Shown here one piece after another: positions 50,909 to 60,808 of a DNA stretch of 64,000 nt. Source of the DNA: an uncultured Candidatus Saccharibacteria bacterium (GTDB lineage: Bacteria > Patescibacteriota > Minisyncoccia > Phycocordibacterales > UBA9973); the NCBI GenBank assembly GCA_964505155.1, contig CAZDGL010000002.1:26064-90063 (forward strand), given 5' to 3'. The notes under the pieces were generated by a model. That model ran no database searches and was not told the DNA's origin. It worked only from the letters and a program-made list of their open reading frames with translations. The position numbers and the translations under genes were made by a program. Each line of letters starts with the position of its first letter. Within the stretch, counting starts at the first letter, position 1.

Positions 50909-51110
50909 AAGGGAGTCTCCCTCGACTCTTTTGCTAAGCAACGAAGTCAGAACTAAACTGAGGTAATAACTTTTTTATTCAAACCTGTTTCATATACAAA
51001 GACAAGGATTTTATCCTTGTATATAAAAGGTTATTTTGTCTTGACAAATATATAACAATATGCTACTATTATATAACAGTAAACAAGTACATTAACCAAA
51101 AAAAATAAGT

Positions 51111-51461
51111 ATGAAAAGTTTTTTTGTTTTTCTCGCAACAGCTTTGTTGTCAATTTCTTTATTTATGACAAGCTGCCAACCAAAACCTGATCTACAGTAT
51201 AAAGTGGAAGAAGATTCTACAGGAGCAATAAGTAATATTCTTGCCTGGGAAATAAACCACGAAACTAATTACGATGTTGGTAACAAAGTATATTACTGTA
51301 TAGGAGGCATAGATGCTTCTGTTAGGATCTATGAATCCCACGATATCAGGATCGACACCATTAATGGTAAGCCGACCAAGGTCGTCTATACCGGGATTGA
51401 TGGGTGGCAACCTGTTCACTATGGGGAAATTGTTTCCAAAACAAACCTGAAAAAGGATTAA
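51111..51461 (+). CDS. Small lipoprotein (116 aa)
   Basis: Signal plus lipobox LFMTSCQP. Confidence 0.5.
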   Translation: MKSFFVFLATALLSISLFMTSCQPKPDLQYKVEEDSTGAISNILAWEINHETNYDVGNKVYYCIGGIDASVRIYESHDIRIDTINGKPTKVVYTGIDGWQPVHYGEIVSKTNLKKD

Positions 51462-51633
51462 GTTAAAGAACTATCAGTTAGAAAGCGGAGTTACTCCGCT
51501 TTTTTATTTTGAGCCTAGTCTCGAAGGTTGTCTGGCTCTAAAAATTAAAACTCAAATAGACATTCGGATTGATAAAAATCTAGACAATGTTTTTCAATTC
51601 CATAAAGACAGAATTTTTTCGTATTAAGCAAAT

Positions 51634-51656
51634 TTGTGCGGGATAAGGGAGTCGGT
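51634..51656 (-). repeat. Second copy of the tRNA-Gly(TCC) 3' end
   Basis: tgtgcgggataagggagtcgg; the 5' half of the tRNA is absent. Confidence 0.6.
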
Positions 51657-51778
51657 CACGAGTATTTTTCTGCTGAAAAATCTCGCTACCCTGCCTCGCG
51701 CCAGTCGCGCTCCGGCTTTCTCCTCCCTGCCTTCACAAACAAAAACACCCAGAGAAAATCTGAGTGTTTTTGTTTGTG

Positions 51779-51849
51779 TGCGGGATAAGGGAGTCGAACC
51801 CTTCACCACAGTTTGGAAAACTGTTATTTTACCGATAAACTAATCCCGC
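51779..51849 (-). tRNA. tRNA-Gly (anticodon TCC)
   Basis: Reverse strand reads GCGGGATTAGTTTATCGGTAAAATAACAGTTTTCCAAACTGTGGTGAAGGGTTCGACTCCCTTATCCCGCA. The cloverleaf has a 7-nt anticodon loop TTTCCAA. Confidence 0.7.
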
Positions 51850-51894
51850 AATATTTATATTATAACAAGCATCTTTAGGCTCTTCAAAACTGAG

Positions 51895-51965
51895 TCGGGG
51901 TGCCGGGAATCGAACCCGGCCCTCATGTTCCCAAAACATGTATACTACCGATATACTACACCCCG
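51895..51965 (-). tRNA. tRNA-Pro (anticodon TGG)
   Basis: Reverse strand reads CGGGGTGTAGTATATCGGTAGTATACATGTTTTGGGAACATGAGGGCCGGGTTCGATTCCCGGCACCCCGA. Confidence 0.75.
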
Positions 51966-52059
51966 ACTCAGTTTTTAAGATTCAAAGATCGCACACTCCC
52001 CAAAAGTGTCTATAACAAAGGACACTATACTATAACTTTACCTTTTTTGCTATAGAAAA

Positions 52060-52428
52060 CTAATTTATATCTATCAGCTCTACCTTAGAAGGGCTTTGGG
52101 GGTCTATCTTTTCAAGGATGACCACTATCCCCTGCGCATTATAGTCCTTGATTCCTTTAAGTAGGCAATAATGCTCCACAGAGATCAAAAATTTACGAAG
52201 CTTTTCTTTAGTCAGGTTTTCAGCTGGATTAAGCCATCCACCCTTGCGACCAGTTTTGACCTCAAAGAAATAGTGCGTACCATGACTTTTGGCTACTATA
52301 TCTATCTCGCCAAACTTGTTGGCTATGTTGCGCTCCAAAACGGTAAAACCGTGTTTCATCAGAAATTCACAGGCTTTTTCTTCACCTATTTCCCCTATTT
52401 TTTGTGTTTTTGAGGTAAACTGTTTCAC
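52060..52428 (-). CDS. YraN-family (UPF0102) predicted endonuclease
   Basis: GEIGEEKACEFLMKHGFTVLERN...GEIDIVA pattern. Confidence 0.7.
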   Translation of the reverse strand: MKQFTSKTQKIGEIGEEKACEFLMKHGFTVLERNIANKFGEIDIVAKSHGTHYFFEVKTGRKGGWLNPAENLTKEKLRKFLISVEHYCLLKGIKDYNAQGIVVILEKIDPQSPSKVELIDIN

Positions 52429-52722
52429 GTGAAACTTTTATTGCAGTTTCATGTGTAACTGCAATAAAAAATGTTGTTAATGCTAGATATTTTATCAAAA
52501 AGACATAAACATTACCAATTTTATAAGCCACAAAAAGTCGTCGTTTATCCCACTTACACACACACTTATCCACAGTTTTGTCAAAAATCCACTCTTTTAA
52601 GGCTTCAAACACACTAAAAAGGAGTTTTGTCTAAAGGACATTATACAAACACAAAAGTCCCTAACATTAGGGACTTTTGTGTTTGTTATACACCGCTAAG
52701 TCGCGCCTGACTCCACGAAGTG

Positions 52723-52793
52723 TGCGGGTACAGGGACTCGAACCCTGGTCTACTCGTTGGCAACGAGTTATTCTACCCCTAAACCATACCCGC
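52723..52793 (-). tRNA. tRNA-Gly (anticodon GCC)
   Basis: Reverse strand reads GCGGGTATGGTTTAGGGGTAGAATAACTCGTTGCCAACGAGTAGACCAGGGTTCGAGTCCCTGTACCCGCA. Confidence 0.8.
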
Positions 52794-53455
52794 TAGTTTT
52801 TAAAACTTTCATTTACCGCCAAAGAAAGCCACTTTAGAAGCTTTTTCTTTTGTGCAGTACTCGATATTATACTGATACAGGTTCCATATTGCAATCTTTT
52901 TATTACTTCTCGGCCCTGTATAACCTGAGGTTCATAAAATAAGCTTTCTTCAACTCCTAGCTCTTGAGACCACTGCTCTATACACTCATTTGGGTTATTA
53001 TCAGGGTATATTATAAGGCTATAACGGAAATTTTCCCTAGAAAGAAGTAGGTATTTACAAATAAAATCAACCGCTATCCTGTGAATATATGGCTCACAGT
53101 TACTAATTCGAATTTGATGAGGTGATTTTCTATCTCCCTCACCAGCATAAAGCATCAATCCTGCCCAAAACAAAGGTTCTTTCTTATAAGTTTCATACTC
53201 TTTTTCAGCCTCTTTTTCTATCAAAGCGTACTGATACTGGAGCTTTAGTTTGCGTACCATATTCATTCGTTCCATCCTCTCTTTGGAGGCTCCAAGGTTT
53301 TTCTTTGAATGCTCCAAAGAAAGATGCCTAGACCAATCCTGATCTTTAAACCAAAGAGAAAGTGTTGCACGTGAAACTCCGGTATCACGCTGTATTTCGC
53401 GATATGTTCTACCTTCTCTGCGTAATTGAAAAATTCTATCTTTGTCCTGTCTCAT
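52793..53455 (-). CDS. HTH plus LAGLIDADG-like homing-endonuclease-family protein
   Basis: N-terminal resolvase/sigma-r4-type HTH (RTYREIQRDTGVSRATLSLW). Motif FWAGLMLYAGEGD resembles LAGLIDADG. Its stop abuts the 5' end of tRNA-Gly(GCC). Confidence 0.55.
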   Translation of the reverse strand: MRQDKDRIFQLRREGRTYREIQRDTGVSRATLSLWFKDQDWSRHLSLEHSKKNLGASKERMERMNMVRKLKLQYQYALIEKEAEKEYETYKKEPLFWAGLMLYAGEGDRKSPHQIRISNCEPYIHRIAVDFICKYLLLSRENFRYSLIIYPDNNPNECIEQWSQELGVEESLFYEPQVIQGREVIKRLQYGTCISIISSTAQKKKLLKWLSLAVNESFKN

Positions 53456-53521
53456 CCTATATAAGTATAATACGTCGGTTTAATTTTACAAATAGCTTAT
53501 AAAATAGTATTATCTAAACAC

Positions 53522-53596
53522 GCACCCGTGGTGAAATGGATATCACAACGGTCTTCGGAACCGTCGTTCCAGGTTCGAATCCTGGCGGGTGCACCA
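53522..53596 (+). tRNA. tRNA-Arg (anticodon TCG), CCA encoded
   Basis: GCACCCGTGGTGAAATGGATATCACAACGGTCTTCGGAACCGTCGTTCCAGGTTCGAATCCTGGCGGGTGCACCA. Confidence 0.85.
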
Positions 53597-53632
53597 CTAC
53601 GCTAAAGCTTCGCGGTGCGAGCACAAAAATTA

Positions 53633-55161
53633 TGGACAAATCCAAAATCCCTCCATTTGTTTCACATGTAACACAAACCCTGCAAAATGCGGGTTTTGAA
53701 GCATATTTGGTAGGTGGATGTGTAAGAGACTTGCTTATGTCCAAGGAACCCAAAGATTGGGACCTGACAACAAATGCTCACCCAGAGCAAATACAAGAAG
53801 TCTTCAAAGATCTGAAAACTGTGTGTGAAAACAACTTTGGAACTGTAACAGTTTTAAATATGACCCCTGTTTCACATGAAAATGTTACACCCGACGACAC
53901 TGAAGCTGTGCCGGGCAGGCGCCAAACACCAGACCAAGACAACACTGTCCAAGTAACAACCTACCGTTCAGAGGCTGGTTATTCAGACAATAGGCGCCCA
54001 GATAGTGTTTCATATGAAACAAAACTTGAAAAAGATCTAGAAAGGAGAGACTTTACTATGAATGCTATAGCCTACGACCCTATAAAAGACGTTATAAAGG
54101 ACAGTTTTGAGGGTATAAAGGACATAAAGGACAAAATAGTAAGATGTGTCCTTGATCCAGAAATACGCTTCTCAGAAGACGCCCTACGCATCATGAGAGC
54201 TATAAGGTTTTCCACAACCTTGGGTTTTGTTATAGAAAGCGAGACTTTCGATGCTATTTTGAAAAAAGCAGATTCTATTCAAAACATCTCTGCCGAAAGA
54301 ATACGGGATGAATTTATGAAAATCATAGACTCTGATGCTCCAGCAGTAGGTATAGATATGATGCAAAAAGCTGGTATTTTGAAACACATAATCCCAGAAC
54401 TAGAAGAGGGTATAGGTTGTGATCAAAAAGGAGCTCATATATATGATGTTTATCAGCACTTGTTACACGCTCTTCAGCACTCGGCTGACAAGGGCTTTTC
54501 TCGCGCTATCCGTCTTTCAGCCCTTTTTCACGATATAGGTAAACCTGCCACCCGTAGATATGATGCCAAAAAAGACAAATATACCTTTTTTGGGCACGAA
54601 GTAGTTGGTGCTCGCATGACCAAAAAGATACTAGAGAGGCTAAAAGTTCCACGTGAAACAGTAGATATAGTTGTTTCTATGGTTAGAAACCATATGTTTT
54701 TCTCTGATACTGAGCAAATCACGCTCTCAGCCGTCAGAAGAATTATCCAAAAGGTTGGTCCAGAGCATATTTGGGAGCTTATGCAGGTGCGTGAGTCTGA
54801 TAGGGTAGGGATGAAAAAAGCTGAAGCACCATACCGACTACGCAAATACCATGCCATGATAGAAGAAGCGCTCCGAGATCCAATCTCAGTTTCACAGCTG
54901 GCCATCGATGGTGCCTATCTAATCAACGAATTGAAAATGAAACCCGGACCACGAATGGGCTGGATACTCCACGCACTCCTTGAGGAAGTCCTTGAAGATC
55001 CGAGTCTAAACACTATTGAAGCTCTTACAGAGCGAGTAAAAGACCTCGATGAACTTGAAGATAAAGACTTGAAGATATTGGGGGAGAAAGGAAAGGAGAA
55101 AAAGGAAACTCTAGATCAAGAAGAGGTCAAAAAACTCCGAACCAAACATAGCGTAAAGTAG
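53633..55161 (+). CDS. cca: CCA-adding tRNA nucleotidyltransferase with HD domain
   Basis: LVGGCVRDLLM...DWDL head domain, then the HD motif FHDIGK. The true start MDKSKIPP lies after the tRNA. Confidence 0.85.
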
Positions 55162-55289
55162 GGAGGCCTGCCACGCTGGAAGCGCTAGCTTTCCTGCGGG
55201 GTGAAACAGCTTCATGCAAAACATAATGTAAAGAAATAAAAAACTCCGTGAAGATCACGGAGTAAATTAAAAAACTTAGAAAAACTAGC

Positions 55290-56063
55290 CTACAAAACCA
55301 TTTGGGCATGGACCTGCTCGATTTTTTCTTGCCACCAAAGGTCAATAATTGGGGCTTGAGGACCATCAGCTTCAAAGTTAGGAACAAATGCTTCTATCTC
55401 TGATCGCTTTGTTTTTGTAAAAGAAACAAGAAAATTGATTTCTTCTTTTTTTACCTCTTCCTCTGTAGTGTACTTTGGTCTCAACATTACTTGTTGACTT
55501 TCTAAACCAAACCCTTTTGTTTTTGCCATTTCTTCATGTTCTTTTCCAACAAGCACCCCAACGACAACACTTGGAATATTGTATAACACAAAATCATACA
55601 TGAACATTTCAAAAGATTGAGTTTTGATTGCTGTAACAATAAACCCGATAAAGGAAATGACTACTATAGTACATACTACTAGTTTGTACTGCCACCCGTG
55701 CCTTGCTTCATGTTCATATATTTCATTAGCCACATTTGATCCCAGGAAAAATACAGCGATAATACCTGCAAAAAACAATAAGATTGTGTCTACATAATCA
55801 CCGTTATTTGATGAGTCATAGTTTGGCAGGCGCTTTACCTCTTCAGAAACAGAAATCCCTGATGTTTGTTTCTGATAAAGTTCCTCGATCTTTTTATTAA
55901 GCAAATAAAACCTTCGTATAGATATCCATACGAGCAGTGACACCACGAGAAGCACACCGGTAATTTGAAGGGGGTTGAGCTGAAAATAAGATGCTGGACC
56001 AAAGATTAGTAGGAAGCTAAGGAACAGGAAATACATAGCTTTTCTCAAAATAACTTTTTTCAT
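55290..56063 (-). CDS. Hypothetical polytopic membrane protein (257 aa)
   Basis: Five or more hydrophobic helices. Confidence 0.45.
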   Translation of the reverse strand: MKKVILRKAMYFLFLSFLLIFGPASYFQLNPLQITGVLLVVSLLVWISIRRFYLLNKKIEELYQKQTSGISVSEEVKRLPNYDSSNNGDYVDTILLFFAGIIAVFFLGSNVANEIYEHEARHGWQYKLVVCTIVVISFIGFIVTAIKTQSFEMFMYDFVLYNIPSVVVGVLVGKEHEEMAKTKGFGLESQQVMLRPKYTTEEEVKKEEINFLVSFTKTKRSEIEAFVPNFEADGPQAPIIDLWWQEKIEQVHAQMVL

Positions 56064-56525
56064 CGTTATAGTTTAAGGTTAAAGAAATCGATTTTTTATT
56101 ACTATACTTATTTATATAGAGAAGTCAATCCGTCTCTCACAGGATTTTCATATGAAAATCCCCCGTGGATATAGTTACCTACGGGGGAAGATTGATCGGT
56201 GGATTTTTTGTATGTGCAAAAGCCAAATGATAGACAGGCCTGCGAATAAAACTATTAGTATCTGTATATCCAAAACAAGGAGACCTACCAGCTTGAGCTC
56301 TACAGGCATATGGTTACCACGACTGCTGCGAAGAAAACCAAAATCAAGGATAAGCAATCCGACAACGATCCATTTAGCGAGACCCTTTTCAAACTCATTT
56401 TTTTCCATATGGAAGCATTTGTTTGCATCCTAACAAAAAACAAAACAAAAAGCCATCCCCTGAAATACTTCTGAAATCGAAAGGGGATGGCGTAGGCTTT
56501 AAGCGACGTTACCGCTTAAAAGATT

Positions 56526-56774
56526 TTAGGCTCTGGCACCAACGACCAGACGCCTCTGTTTTTTCTTTTCTAAAAAATAGTTTCTTATACCATTGATCGC
56601 AAAATATAAAGCGACCAAAGCAAACACTATTCTAGCAATCCAGCTACATATCACCACATAGTGCAATGTCGCTTCTGCTGGGGCAAAACCTGATAAGATT
56701 TTGGGGGCTAGGGCAGTAATAACTGCGAAAACAAAAAAAACAGTAGTCTCAAGAACATAGTATTTTTTATCCAT
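56526..56774 (-). CDS. Small membrane protein (82 aa)
   Basis: Two transmembrane helices. Confidence 0.3.
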   Translation of the reverse strand: MDKKYYVLETTVFFVFAVITALAPKILSGFAPAEATLHYVVICSWIARIVFALVALYFAINGIRNYFLEKKKQRRLVVGARA

Positions 56775-56807
56775 AACGGATTAGTTTTGTTTTATACTAA
56801 CACATCC

Positions 56808-57581
56808 CTACGATAAATCAAGTTCTATAGAAATAGGACAGTGGTCGCTACCGTAGTAATCCTCAAGTGTCGAGAACTTTTTAACCTTGGTAAATATATC
56901 TGCAGTACAAAAAAAGTAATCTATTCTCCAGCCCACATTGCGCTCTCTGGCACGAGTCTTTTGATCCCAGTACGTATAAACGTCTTTTTCTGTGGGATGC
57001 AAGGTTCGATATATGTCTATCCAACCTTTTTTGACGAGTTTGTCCATCCAAGCTCTTTCGATAGGGAGAAATCCGGTATTTTCGCTATTTTCTTTTGGTC
57101 GAGCTAGGTCTATCTCGTTGTGAGCAGTATTTACGTCCCCACAAAATATAACAGGCTTCTTCTTTTTGAGTTTCTCAATGTAAGAAAGAAACGCATCATA
57201 AAATCGAAGTTTATAGTCCAGTCTCTCTGGTCCACCGCCACCATTAGGGAAGTAGCAAGTAATAAGATAAAAGTCTTCATACTCAGACACTATAGTACGC
57301 CCTTCAGCATCAAACTCTTCTATACCAAATCCTAGTTTGGTAGAGATAGGCTCCTCTTTGCTATAAATAGCGACACCACTATAACCTTTGCGGGTACGAC
57401 AATAAGAGAGTGCTAGGTTGTAACCACGAAAGTTTTGCAGTTCTTCTGGGAGTTGATCTAGTTCGCTCTTTGTCTCCTGTAAACAAACGATATCTGGCTT
57501 ATATTTATCAAAAAGAGGCTCAAAAAAGCCTTGTTTGGCTGTGGCACGCAGGCCGTTGGTATTCCAGCTAATAATTTTCAT
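56808..57581 (-). CDS. xth: Exodeoxyribonuclease III
   Basis: MKIISWNTNGLRA...DIVCLQETK...SDHCPI motifs. Confidence 0.88.
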   Translation of the reverse strand: MKIISWNTNGLRATAKQGFFEPLFDKYKPDIVCLQETKSELDQLPEELQNFRGYNLALSYCRTRKGYSGVAIYSKEEPISTKLGFGIEEFDAEGRTIVSEYEDFYLITCYFPNGGGGPERLDYKLRFYDAFLSYIEKLKKKKPVIFCGDVNTAHNEIDLARPKENSENTGFLPIERAWMDKLVKKGWIDIYRTLHPTEKDVYTYWDQKTRARERNVGWRIDYFFCTADIFTKVKKFSTLEDYYGSDHCPISIELDLS

Positions 57582-58009
57582 ACAAAGATTATAGCAACCC
57601 TGCTTCGCCAAGGCTATGCAGGGCAAAAAAAAGCCATCCAGGAAGGATGACTTTATGAGGTTTGTCCCGAAGGACTATAGAGAGTTGTTTTTGCTTGTTT
57701 TTATTTGAGAGCAAATTGTGGAAAGAACATCTTAAAAGTACAGAGTTCGTTTTTTGTTTTATCTAACTACCGAAGCAGTGAGAGTGTGCCTTGATGGCAG
57801 ATACAATCCGAAGATTGTTTTAAAAAAATATTTATTTGTATATCGCCGTGTACCTGACGAGAAATACACATTGATAAAAGATCATCTGTGTTTATTATAC
57901 ATCAATAAAAATTTTGCAACAATAGTGGATAACTCCTTTATTCAAAAAACAAAAAAGCCCTGGTCTTACGACTCAGGGCTCTCACTAATCACTCTTCACA
58001 AAATCAAAA

Positions 58010-58681
58010 TTACGACTGGTTGTCTTTTGTTTCTGCAGGAGATTTTTTATCCTCTTTTTTCACAGGAGGAACAATTCTGAAACCACCATCAGGATAAACT
58101 ATAACAGTAGAACCTGATGCTTCTGCTCTCGCATAAACATCTTTCAGGTCTACGGCAGGTGCAACTGGTGCGCGATACCCCGGAGTAGCAGGTGGCGTTG
58201 GTGGAACATGCACTGTTACTGAAGGCGCTGTTTGCGACCTTGTAGCAAGATACACCAACAAAACAATCAAGCCCAGCAGAAGGAGAGCTGCTAACCAGGA
58301 CCAATCATCATTGTAGCAATGATGATTTACCGGTACAGGAGGTATCTTTTTAATACTGATGTGCCGATTAAAACTTCCATTTACCTCTTTCAAATTTGAA
58401 ACGGCTGGAGGAAAAAACCTTTCAGGAATATTCGCTACAACAGGAAGGGTTATGGCATCACTGTAATCCTCAATAACAATTGAGTCATTGAAGCTCTTGG
58501 TGATGAGCCCTTTCCCGTCTGTTTCCACATATCTCCACGGACGCGGAGAGGGGAAGGTTTTTTTAACCGGCTTCTGTGTTTCCGCTTTCGGACAGGAGCA
58601 GGTATCTTTGAGATTCTGGCCTGATGAACTCAAGGAAAACATAATGGTGCTGACAATAGCCAGCATAATAATTTTCTTCAT
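58010..58681 (-). CDS. Secreted/membrane-anchored Pro-rich protein (223 aa)
   Basis: Signal peptide, a TM helix LAALLLLGLIVLLVYL and PPTPPATPG. The locus has higher local GC than the surrounding sequence. Confidence 0.45.
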   Translation of the reverse strand: MKKIIMLAIVSTIMFSLSSSGQNLKDTCSCPKAETQKPVKKTFPSPRPWRYVETDGKGLITKSFNDSIVIEDYSDAITLPVVANIPERFFPPAVSNLKEVNGSFNRHISIKKIPPVPVNHHCYNDDWSWLAALLLLGLIVLLVYLATRSQTAPSVTVHVPPTPPATPGYRAPVAPAVDLKDVYARAEASGSTVIVYPDGGFRIVPPVKKEDKKSPAETKDNQS

Positions 58682-58836
58682 TGTAACTGATTTTGTGTGT
58701 TTTAAAGATCAATCCTCTTATATTTAGGCGGGACTGTTTTGCCTTTGTTTATTTATATATATAATAGCATATTTAAAGTATTTTGTCAAGCAAAACCCCT
58801 CCATAATAAGGAGGGGTGAAGTTAGGAACTAAACAA

Positions 58837-59163
58837 TCAAGCTGCAGAAGCTGTTACCAACTGAAGGAAAGTGCATTCTTCAGAGTCCGAAAATTCTTTA
58901 ACGTAGATTATAGAACCACCGTCTTTGTGAATGTAGCGTCTTTTCAGATTGCCACTCAAATTAAACTCAGCATGAACATGTTGCCTTGAAATTTCCAATT
59001 TATCAATGCATTCATGTATCTGTCGAACCAATTCTTCAATTGATTCTCCACGGCACGGGGTAAAATCTTCTCTTTTTTCATAGCTTTTAGCAAACCTTGC
59101 AAAGTATGTCCATGGACCATTTATGGTTGATCCGACCTTATAAATTGAATATAAGAAGTACAT
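58837..59163 (-). CDS. Hypothetical protein, possibly HicB/UPF0150-like
   Basis: DFTPCRGESIEELVRQIHECI resembles the PGC..G.T.eEAl core of UPF0150. The assignment is weak. Confidence 0.3.
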   Translation of the reverse strand: MYFLYSIYKVGSTINGPWTYFARFAKSYEKREDFTPCRGESIEELVRQIHECIDKLEISRQHVHAEFNLSGNLKRRYIHKDGGSIIYVKEFSDSEECTFLQLVTASAA

Positions 59164-59335
59164 AATAAATAGTTTTCTATAATTATACAGAAATATAGAA
59201 AAAAGTCAAGTTATCTTTTGCTATGGTATTTCTGGTGTATTTCGCGGAGTTTGGCATCAGTCACGTGGGTATAAACCCCGCTGTAAAATCTATTGCCGAG
59301 TGCGCAATAAATTTACTACGGGGCGAGATGTGGCT

Positions 59336-60265
59336 TTATCTCTTGCTGTGATACCTCTTATGTACCTCTCTCAGTTGACTGTCTGTAACATGAGTGTAAA
59401 TCTGAGTAGTAGCAATATTGGCATGTCCAAGCATGACTTGAACTGAGCGGATGTCGGCGCCGTTTGAGAGGAGATCAGTAGCAAAGCAGTGTCGGATGAC
59501 GTGGGGAGTGACCTTTTTGGAGATACCGGCTTTGACAGCGCACTGTTTGACGATGCGCTCGACAGAACGACGAGTGAGGGGTTTGATATCCATGTTGTTT
59601 TTGTTGCTCTTTTCGCCAGTGCCAAGCTGGACAAAGAGTGCATCAGACATATCTTTGCGAAGTTTCAAATATTTTTTGAGTGTCTCACGAGCCTCTTCGG
59701 AGATAAAAACCACTCTGATCTTGCCACCTTTTCCGCGGATAGAAAATTCGCCTTGAGTAAAGTCGATGTCGTTGGTGAGTGAACAAAGCTCAGAGACACG
59801 CAGTCCTGTCGAGAAGAGTAGCTCAAGTATCGCCTTGTCGCGCAAGCTTTTGATATCGTCGCCTTCTGAAGACTTGAGCAATCTGCTGAGCTCACCCTGA
59901 GAAATCAAATCCAAATGTCGCTCGGGGACTTTGGCGAGATCTATCTCTTCGGCCGACATGCTCTTAATCTTTTTGCGAGTGAGGTACTTGAGAAATACAC
60001 GCAGGGCTATCATGTAGTAGTTTTGAGTTTTACGAGAGACGGTTTTGCCGGTAGACTTGTTGTTGCCCATGCTTTGGCGGTTGAGCCAGAGACGGAATTC
60101 TCGAACCTTATCTGCATTGATGTCTTGTGGGTTTTCAACTTTTGAAAAGCTCAAAAAGCGAGTGATGTAGTGATCATAATTTTCGACAGTCTTTAAACTA
60201 CGACCTTTTTCTATCTCTATGTGTTCTAAGAATTCTCTCTTAAGTTGTTCTATTTGTGTTGCCAT
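59336..60265 (-). CDS. xerC: Tyrosine recombinase, XerC/XerD family
   Basis: C-terminal HVIRHCFATDLL...GHANIATTQIYTHV containing the R..HxxR..Y catalytic residues, plus the N-terminal SAM-like domain. Confidence 0.85.
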   Translation of the reverse strand: MATQIEQLKREFLEHIEIEKGRSLKTVENYDHYITRFLSFSKVENPQDINADKVREFRLWLNRQSMGNNKSTGKTVSRKTQNYYMIALRVFLKYLTRKKIKSMSAEEIDLAKVPERHLDLISQGELSRLLKSSEGDDIKSLRDKAILELLFSTGLRVSELCSLTNDIDFTQGEFSIRGKGGKIRVVFISEEARETLKKYLKLRKDMSDALFVQLGTGEKSNKNNMDIKPLTRRSVERIVKQCAVKAGISKKVTPHVIRHCFATDLLSNGADIRSVQVMLGHANIATTQIYTHVTDSQLREVHKRYHSKR

Positions 60266-60363
60266 TTGTATATAGAGTCGCACAATAATTGTAGCACTAC
60301 TCATAAATATTAAGGTAAATATAGTACTTGCATTTTTTTGGTATTTATGTTATGATGACTATT

Positions 60364-60624
60364 ATGTTAACAAGCAAGAAAAAACAAGCAATTATCAAAA
60401 AGCACCAAATCCACGACAAAGACACTGGTAGCAAGGTTGTCCAAGTAGGAGTGCTTTCTGAAACTATTGATAAGTTGGCTGATCACTTGAAGAAACACAA
60501 GAAAGACAACCACTCTCGAAGAGGTCTTATCAAAATGGTGGCAGATCGAAGAAGTCATCTCAAGGCACTAGAGAAGAGCAATCCAAAGCAACACGCAGCT
60601 GCTCTAAAAATAGTAAAACAATAA
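60364..60624 (+). CDS. rpsO: 30S ribosomal protein S15
   Basis: [40 protein letters not shown]. Confidence 0.9.
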   Translation: MLTSKKKQAIIKKHQIHDKDTGSKVVQVGVLSETIDKLADHLKKHKKDNHSRRGLIKMVADRRSHLKALEKSNPKQHAAALKIVKQ

Positions 60625-60693
60625 TTTCACTATAAATAAAATCTCTCCATTCGGAGAGATTTTATTTATATATGAGTTATACTTAATACATAT

Positions 60694-60808
60694 GGTCCCG
60701 TTAGAAACCGCGGTCACGAACGAGATCATAATTTTTACATACGAAAAGTTTATTAAATAATTTTATTTTAACAGGGCGAATAGACCGCGACCTGTTTCTA
60801 ACGGGATG
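60694..60808 (+). promoter_or_regulatory. Long imperfect inverted repeat (leader hairpin) overlapping the start codon of the NYN gene
   Basis: Left arm GGTCCCGTTAGAAACCGCGGTC (60694-60715) pairs with right arm GACCGCGACCTGTTTCTAACGGGA (60783-60806). The ATG at 60806 lies inside the stem. Confidence 0.5.

Noticed and set aside
51634-51760. Possible additional tRNA, or intron-containing tRNA, at the second 3'-end repeat
   Set aside because: No matching 5' acceptor strand, D-arm or anticodon arm can be found. Only the terminal 20 nt match.
53536-53632. N-terminal extension of the cca ORF (MDITTVFGTVVPGSNPGG...)
   Set aside because: It is the translation of tRNA-Arg. The real start is the downstream MDKSKIPP.
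57754-58080. 108-aa plus-strand ORF
   Set aside because: Overlaps the better-supported minus-strand secreted-protein gene and has an odd composition; likely spurious.
59371-60145. Multiple ORFs of 76-101 aa on both strands
   Set aside because: All lie within or antisense to the tyrosine recombinase gene.
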